From an uncultured virus (IMG/VR IMGVR_UViG_3300033143_001932) (Duplodnaviria; Heunggongvirae; Uroviricota; Caudoviricetes; Crassvirales): a DNA stretch of 20,000 nt. Below, piece by piece: positions 15,113 through 20,000 of this stretch. The notes beneath the pieces were generated by a model. It had not been told where the DNA came from, did no database searches, and saw only the letters and a list, made by a program, of their open reading frames with translations. Every line of letters starts with the position of its first letter. Positions within the stretch are counted from its first letter, which is position 1. The position numbers and the translations under genes were made by a program. The stretch lies in IMG/VR virus record IMGVR_UViG_3300033143_001932. One strand, given 5' to 3'.

Positions 15113-15120
15113 TATCTTTG
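15113..15120 (+). promoter_or_regulatory. -7 promoter box TATCTTTG
   Basis: 17 nt before ATG 15138. Confidence 0.65.
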
Positions 15121-15137
15121 GTGTATAAATTATACCA

Positions 15138-15434
15138 ATGGCAAAAACTTCTAAAGCAAGCATGCCTTGCAACAAACCAAGGAGATCTAATCGTCCAGGA
15201 AAAAAAATGATGGTTAAAGGCTGTGAAGGTGGAAAGGAAAAACTTCTACACTTTGGAGCTAAAGGTTATGGTCATAATTATTCTCCAGCAGCTCGTAGGT
15301 CATTCAGAGCTAGACACAAATGTGCTACAGCTACAAGTAAATTAACGGCTAGATATTGGGCGTGTAAAAAACTGTGGGCTGGAAAAGGGGGCTCCACTAA
15401 AAGCTCTCCAAAAAATAAACAAGGAAAATATTAA
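15138..15434 (+). CDS. Conserved basic phage protein (HFG..GY / FRARH.C / ARYWAC family)
   Basis: 98 aa, K/R-rich, with motifs recurrent in aquatic phages. Confidence 0.8.
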   Translation: MAKTSKASMPCNKPRRSNRPGKKMMVKGCEGGKEKLLHFGAKGYGHNYSPAARRSFRARHKCATATSKLTARYWACKKLWAGKGGSTKSSPKNKQGKY

Positions 15435-15438
15435 CACA

Positions 15439-15624
15439 ATGAATTATAGAACATCACTTCCATTACATGAGACAGAGTTTCTTGATGAGTGGCCCAAAAA
15501 GAAAAGAAAAAATAAATCAAAAGGGAACAATAGGTCTATTAAGGATAAAAGAAGAGCTCATAAGAAGCAGCTAAAAAAGTGTGGTAAAAAAACCTTGGGA
15601 AGCTGTAAGGTTGTAAAAAGATAA
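15439..15624 (+). CDS. Basic small protein with MNYRTSLPLHETEF tag
   Basis: 61 aa; shared N-terminal motif. Confidence 0.75.
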   Translation: MNYRTSLPLHETEFLDEWPKKKRKNKSKGNNRSIKDKRRAHKKQLKKCGKKTLGSCKVVKR

Positions 15625-15668
15625 GATATAGCTAAGAAAAGAAAAGTAACTAGAAAAAAAAGTAAGAC

Positions 15669-15869
15669 ATGAGTAAGATGACTAACAGAAAACGCAAATG
15701 CCCTAAAGGAGAAAGGTTTAATAAGGGTAAAAACAAATGTGTAGAAACACTTATTAGTAAAGCTGGCATAGACAGCCCAGGGGCTGTAGCTGGTTTAATT
15801 GGTGTTTTAGGTGGAGGATTAGGAGCTTACGCTAAAGTAAAGTCGGATATTAAAAAGCAAGGACGATGA
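15669..15869 (+). CDS. Small basic protein with a Gly-rich hydrophobic helix
   Basis: 66 aa; CPKG.RFN....KC motif followed by a GxxxG-rich segment. Confidence 0.7.
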   Translation: MSKMTNRKRKCPKGERFNKGKNKCVETLISKAGIDSPGAVAGLIGVLGGGLGAYAKVKSDIKKQGR

Positions 15870-16033
15870 ATTATAGAACATCGCTCCCGTTACACCCAAC
15901 CGAATTTCCTGAAGTGTCTAAAAAAGATAGACGAAAGGTTAAAAGATATTCCCGCAAAGCGGTAAAAGGTAAGTCCACAAAGAAAAGTAGACGAGAGACT
16001 AGTAAGTTATATTATAAAATAGTAGGATTGTAA
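15866..16033 (+). CDS. Basic small protein with MNYRTSLPLHPTEF tag (55 aa; absent from the ORF track)
   Basis: Hand translation: MNYRTSLPLHPTEFPEVSKKDRRKVKRYSRKAVKGKSTKKSRRETSKLYYKIVGL. ATGA overlap with the upstream gene. Confidence 0.8.
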   Translation: MNYRTSLPLHPTEFPEVSKKDRRKVKRYSRKAVKGKSTKKSRRETSKLYYKIVGL

Positions 16034-16063
16034 AGAATCTTAAGAAACAAACAAGAAATAATT

Positions 16064-16480
16064 ATGTCATATAGAACCTCATTACCATTGCACCCAACTG
16101 AATTTGGAAAACCTTTAGTAACTAAGAAAAGGAAAAAACACGCCAGATCTATTCGCCCTACATCTAGAAAAAATCCAGATGGAAGTAGAAGTTCACATAT
16201 AATGGAGTCTGGTGAGTCTGACGGCAAGTACAAATATCAAGTAAACCCAACCCTATTAAAAGAAGGCACAGCAGGGTGGAGAGAAGCACAGAAACGAGGA
16301 GAGGTATATGGATTTAAGAGTAAGAAAAGAGCTGAAAAGTTTGCTTATGGCAGTTGGAAAAAGGGAAAAGATAAAAGAACCGGCATGAAGCACTATCGTT
16401 GTGAGAAAAAAGGATATACCTGGAACAACAATACCAATACTTGTGAGAAAAAGAAAACAGGTAAAAAAAGAAACAAATAA
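16064..16480 (+). CDS. Basic protein with MSYRTSLPLHPTEF tag
   Basis: 138 aa; shared N-terminal motif. Confidence 0.8.
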   Translation: MSYRTSLPLHPTEFGKPLVTKKRKKHARSIRPTSRKNPDGSRSSHIMESGESDGKYKYQVNPTLLKEGTAGWREAQKRGEVYGFKSKKRAEKFAYGSWKKGKDKRTGMKHYRCEKKGYTWNNNTNTCEKKKTGKKRNK

Positions 16481-16509
16481 AATAACTATCTTTACAAAAA
16501 AACAAAATT

Positions 16510-16746
16510 ATGAAACAAGGATATAACTCAAGACTAGATGAATCTTTAGGTGCAAAGCACGGAAAGAAGTCACAAAGCTATGCGTCAAGAAGACATGAAA
16601 GCGAAGCTATGGAAAAAAAATATCATGGTCACAAGTATGGATCAGATGCAGATATGTCTTATAGAGACAATTTTAAAGACAAGTGTGCGCACGTTGTAAA
16701 AGGTGGACACGTTGCTAAAGCACTAGAGCATCAATTTAGAAAATAA
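16510..16746 (+). CDS. Conserved basic phage protein (KQGYN.RLDESLG)
   Basis: 78 aa; variant promoter box TATCTTTA at 16487-16494. Confidence 0.75.
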   Translation: MKQGYNSRLDESLGAKHGKKSQSYASRRHESEAMEKKYHGHKYGSDADMSYRDNFKDKCAHVVKGGHVAKALEHQFRK

Positions 16747-16749
16747 GAC

Positions 16750-17010
16750 ATGGCTAGTAAGTTAGAAAAAATGAGGGAAAAGCCCGGAGGTTCTAACGCT
16801 GGTAAATACAAAAACGTTTCTAAAGGAGACTTTTGTGGACCATCAGGAGGAGCACCTCAAGGTAGTTACCCGGTAAACACAAGGGAGAGAGCTGAATCAG
16901 CTCTTAAGCTTGCTCACAATGCACCTAATCCAGAAGGGATTAAGTCTTGTGTGTATAGGAAATACCCAGGTCTTAAGAAAAAAAGCTTAATGCATAATCG
17001 TAAGAAGTAA
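16750..17010 (+). CDS. Conserved phage protein (YPVNT..RA..AL motif, possibly DUF6582-like)
   Basis: 86 aa; FCGP.GG...GSYPV and VYRKYP motifs. Confidence 0.75.
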   Translation: MASKLEKMREKPGGSNAGKYKNVSKGDFCGPSGGAPQGSYPVNTRERAESALKLAHNAPNPEGIKSCVYRKYPGLKKKSLMHNRKK

Positions 17011-17378
17011 TGTCTAAACTAGGTGGAGGTAAGCACGAGCGTCAATTAAAGAGAGAGGAGCGTAGGCGTAGGCGTCAGTGGCAAAAAAGATCTTCAGCAA
17101 AAGGTGTAGAAAAACCTAATTGCACTACTCTTTCTTGTCGAAACCCAGGGACTAAGAGTAAAGCTCAAAGACAAAGGGAGAGAGAGGCTCGTAAAGATGA
17201 GCGTCAAGACAACAGAGCTAAAAACAAGCAATTAAGAAAAGATAAAAGAGAGCTAAAAAAAGACATTAGAAAAGAAAAGAGAGCGGTGAGAAAGAGTTCT
17301 AAAACGAAACCCATCCCATCTTTAATTGCTGGTCCTCCAAAATCTAAAGAAAAATCTAAAAACCCTAGGTTTATGTAG
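17010..17378 (+). CDS. Very basic coiled-coil protein
   Basis: 122 aa, R/K-rich; start overlaps the upstream stop (TAATG). Confidence 0.7.
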   Translation: MSKLGGGKHERQLKREERRRRRQWQKRSSAKGVEKPNCTTLSCRNPGTKSKAQRQREREARKDERQDNRAKNKQLRKDKRELKKDIRKEKRAVRKSSKTKPIPSLIAGPPKSKEKSKNPRFM

Positions 17379-17379
17379 A

Positions 17380-17793
17380 TTACCATCTTCCTTGATTAAT
17401 ATCTTTTATAACCTTACGATAAACTTTATCATTATATGTAACCCGCTCTTTTAGGAGTGGGTTTCTTTTTGGTGTAGATGGAATCTTCTCTTCACCATTA
17501 AGTATTTTGTATGCTCTATTAACCAAAGTCTTAGCTTTATGTGAAAGCTCATAAAGAGAATACCCACGACCATGTTGTTTCCTCCAGGTCACAATCCACC
17601 CTTCATTCATTAAACGTTTAAATCGTTTTCGCTCCCAATTAAAAACAGCTTCATAGTCATCAAATATTTTTTTAGTGAACCTACCTTCACTATATAAAAA
17701 AAGAATAAGATCTAAATCTGACTGATTTAAATTATATTTACGTTTGATGTAATAGCGAACTACGCGCCAATGTTTCAGGAAGTCTGTGTTCAT
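17380..17793 (-). CDS. Putative winged-helix (MarR-like) DNA-binding protein
   Basis: L...DLDLILFLY, RL..EGWI and wing-like LYELS.KAK; lone antisense gene in the + arm. Confidence 0.65.
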   Translation of the reverse strand: MNTDFLKHWRVVRYYIKRKYNLNQSDLDLILFLYSEGRFTKKIFDDYEAVFNWERKRFKRLMNEGWIVTWRKQHGRGYSLYELSHKAKTLVNRAYKILNGEEKIPSTPKRNPLLKERVTYNDKVYRKVIKDINQGRW

Positions 17794-17817
17794 AAAAACT
17801 AATATAACATTTTTATT

Positions 17818-17825
17818 TATCTTTG
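17818..17825 (+). promoter_or_regulatory. -7 promoter box TATCTTTG
   Basis: 18 nt before ATG 17844. Confidence 0.65.
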
Positions 17826-17843
17826 CAATAAACCTAATTAAAT

Positions 17844-18008
17844 ATGAAAAGTAGAGGACTAGGAGATAGTATCCATAAAATTACCAAAGCTACAGGTGTT
17901 CACACCTTAGTTGATAAAGGAGCGAAAGCTTTAGGAAAGTCAGATTGCGGGTGTGATAAGCGTAGGGATACATTGAATCGTTTAATACCTTATCGCAAAA
18001 ATAAATAA
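17844..18008 (+). CDS. Conserved small phage protein (GLGD...CGC..R...LN family, 54 aa; absent from the ORF track)
   Basis: Hand translation: MKSRGLGDSIHKITKATGVHTLVDKGAKALGKSDCGCDKRRDTLNRLIPYRKNK. Confidence 0.8.
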   Translation: MKSRGLGDSIHKITKATGVHTLVDKGAKALGKSDCGCDKRRDTLNRLIPYRKNK

Positions 18009-18009
18009 A

Positions 18010-18477
18010 ATGGCATATCAAAAATTACAAGTAAGCAGAGCTCTAGTAGTTATACCTAGTGACACCGTAGACATTCCGTTCCCAGGAGCACTTATGATCA
18101 GTAGTACCACAACTGGAGTGCCAGCTGCTCTTAACGTGGTGGATTTAGGCGGAGATTTTATAAACAAAGGAGTAAGACCTGGGGATATTATTTACTCCGG
18201 AACTACTATAGCCGCCACCGTGGTTACTGTGGATAGCGCAACGGAATTAACCGCCACAGCTGCCGTACCAAACGCAACCGATTATAAGATATACAAGGCG
18301 GGGGCAAATGAAGGCTGCGTATTGTATGTGGGTACAGGTGGAAATGTAGATTTAATTACAGCTGGTGGAGACACTGTGTTGTACACTGGTGTCCCAACAG
18401 GTATGTTTATGCCGGTTCAAGTGAAAAGAGTAAAAGCCTCACTTACTGGAGCCTCAACCATTATAGCGCAGTGGTAA
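18010..18477 (+). CDS. Putative virion structural protein (beta-rich)
   Basis: PSD and LYVGTGG.V...VP.G.FMPVQVKRV motifs; next to a lectin gene. Confidence 0.7.
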   Translation: MAYQKLQVSRALVVIPSDTVDIPFPGALMISSTTTGVPAALNVVDLGGDFINKGVRPGDIIYSGTTIAATVVTVDSATELTATAAVPNATDYKIYKAGANEGCVLYVGTGGNVDLITAGGDTVLYTGVPTGMFMPVQVKRVKASLTGASTIIAQW

Positions 18478-18478
18478 A

Positions 18479-19897
18479 ATGGGAATAATTAACGGAATAG
18501 GAGTAGCTATTGAAAGTAGCACACAAGACGGTGTTCCTCAAGGTGGGGGAGGATTTCCCAACACGTATTCGTTAGAATTTGACGGAGTTGACGATGTTGT
18601 AAATGGCGGCAATTCAAGTGAGTTACAAATTACATCTGACATAAGTATATCAGCTTGGTTTAAAACTACCTCAACTAGCACTATGATTATAGTTGCTAAA
18701 AGAGATAGTCCTCTTGGCGGAAGCACTTATGGTTATCAGGTATATTGTTCGGGGGGTAAAGTAGTGTTTTTAGTCACAAGGTCAGGACCAACAACAACTT
18801 CTATTTTAGGAACAACAACTATTTCTGATGGTGCTTGGCATCATGTTTTATGTACTATTAATCAAGCTTCACAAATATCTATAATTTTAGATGGATCAAC
18901 AGAAGGCACTGCTTTATTACCAGCGGGTACTTTTATTGATAGTGATAGTGACTTGAGAATAGGTTACAATCAAATTGGTTCTTCTAATTACTATTTTAAT
19001 GGAACCATTGATGAAGTGGCTATTTTTGACTCATTACAAAGTGGCTCTGTTATTTATAATAATGGTAAACCCGATGATTTAACTCCACTTAATCCCGTTG
19101 CTTGGTATCGAAATGGCGACAACGGTTCATACAAATCTCCACAGTGGTTAATACCTAATAATATTAATAAGGATAAAGTATCGAATTATAGTTTTGAGTT
19201 TGATGGTATTGGGGACAATATAAACTTAGGCACAAGTGTCCTTGACGGCTTAGGTGCTTTTAGTATTTCTTTTTGGTTCAATACAAGTTATGATAATTGG
19301 CAGTATTTTATGGGTGATAATAGCTTTAGATTTACTATGAAGCAATCTACTGACGATGTAAGAATAAATTTTAATGGTAGTGCTGTTTATAGAGCTGACC
19401 CTTTACCTGTAACTTTAAACACTTGGAATAATTTTGTTTTTATTTTTGACGGCTCTTTAGCTCAAGCGGATAGAATGAAATTATATCTAAATAACTCTTT
19501 AGCAACTAATATTCTTGGTGGCACACCAGATACTACTTTTGTAGCGAGTAATGATTTTAGACTTGCAAGAGTAGGATCTTATAGTGCAAAGCTGTTTGTT
19601 GGTATGATGGATGATGTTGCATTTTTTAATACAGCTTTAACTCCTGAAAATGTAGATTCAATTTATAATGGTGGCGAACCAACAACATTACCAAGTGGTA
19701 CAGTAGCACATTACCCAATGGGGGAAGAAGCAACATTTAGTACCAACTGGACAATACCTGATGGAGTGGGAAGTGCTGACGGTACGTCTGAAAATATGAC
19801 AATACAGGATAGAGTAGGCGAAGCAAGTGCCAGCGCTTCAAACGCAGTTAGTCTTAACATGATTGAAGGGAGCAGAGTAGAGGATGTTCCAAGTTAA
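18479..19897 (+). CDS. Tandem LamG/concanavalin A-like lectin domain virion protein
   Basis: Two repeats starting YS.EFDG..D, each with SIS.WF.T, WHH/WNN and F.G..D.VA.F. Confidence 0.85.
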   Translation: MGIINGIGVAIESSTQDGVPQGGGGFPNTYSLEFDGVDDVVNGGNSSELQITSDISISAWFKTTSTSTMIIVAKRDSPLGGSTYGYQVYCSGGKVVFLVTRSGPTTTSILGTTTISDGAWHHVLCTINQASQISIILDGSTEGTALLPAGTFIDSDSDLRIGYNQIGSSNYYFNGTIDEVAIFDSLQSGSVIYNNGKPDDLTPLNPVAWYRNGDNGSYKSPQWLIPNNINKDKVSNYSFEFDGIGDNINLGTSVLDGLGAFSISFWFNTSYDNWQYFMGDNSFRFTMKQSTDDVRINFNGSAVYRADPLPVTLNTWNNFVFIFDGSLAQADRMKLYLNNSLATNILGGTPDTTFVASNDFRLARVGSYSAKLFVGMMDDVAFFNTALTPENVDSIYNGGEPTTLPSGTVAHYPMGEEATFSTNWTIPDGVGSADGTSENMTIQDRVGEASASASNAVSLNMIEGSRVEDVPS

Positions 19898-19909
19898 AAA
19901 TAAATTTAT

Positions 19910-19917
19910 TACCTTTG
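19910..19917 (+). promoter_or_regulatory. -7 promoter box TACCTTTG
   Basis: 16 nt before ATG 19934. Confidence 0.6.
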
Positions 19918-19933
19918 TTAAAACAATAAAATT

Positions 19934-20000
19934 ATGGCAACAATACCAAGTAATGAGCAGTTTGTAGGGATTAACGCCTCTCAAGACTTAACAGAGAGAA
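19934..20000 (+). CDS. Partial CDS (MATIPSNEQFVGINASQDLTER...)
   Basis: Open to the window end; has a promoter and an A-rich leader. Confidence 0.65.
   Translation, partial: MATIPSNEQFVGINASQDLTER

Noticed and set aside
13223..18726. - strand ORFs overlapping groEL/groES, the basic cluster and the LamG gene
   Set aside because: Antisense shadows of clearly identifiable + strand genes.
1..20000. Stop-codon reassignment (as in some crAss-like phages)
   Set aside because: Long genes are intact in code 11, and TAG/TGA end genes at sensible boundaries (e.g. 1755, 5552, 14849, 17378).

Overview
AT-rich tailed-phage DNA, most likely from a Bacteroidota (Flavobacteria-like) phage. The host inference rests on TAnnTTTG -7 promoter boxes in front of most + strand units and on A-rich, mostly SD-less translation starts. 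There are two divergent arms. (1) A - strand 'early/accessory' arm (1-12253) carries about 40 small ORFs, including many unannotated microproteins, a DUF1281-like gene, a gene split by a 26-bp tandem duplication, and an amidoligase next to a class II glutamine amidotransferase/gamma-glutamylcyclotransferase fusion. This arm starts with a basic protein, then a ~700-nt ORF-free, densely base-paired region between two terminators, then a 62-nt tRNA-like element with no proper anticodon arm. (2) A + strand arm (12765-end) carries groEL-groES, a cluster of very basic small proteins (three share a 14-aa N-terminal tag, M[NS]YRTSLPLH[EP]TEF) and virion genes including a LamG lectin protein. The arms are separated by a G-skewed, CG-alternating non-coding junction. 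The best novelty candidates are the large structured RNA with its tRNA-like element and the shared N-terminal tag, which may be a capsid-targeting signal. All family assignments come from recognising motifs by eye; no searches were run.
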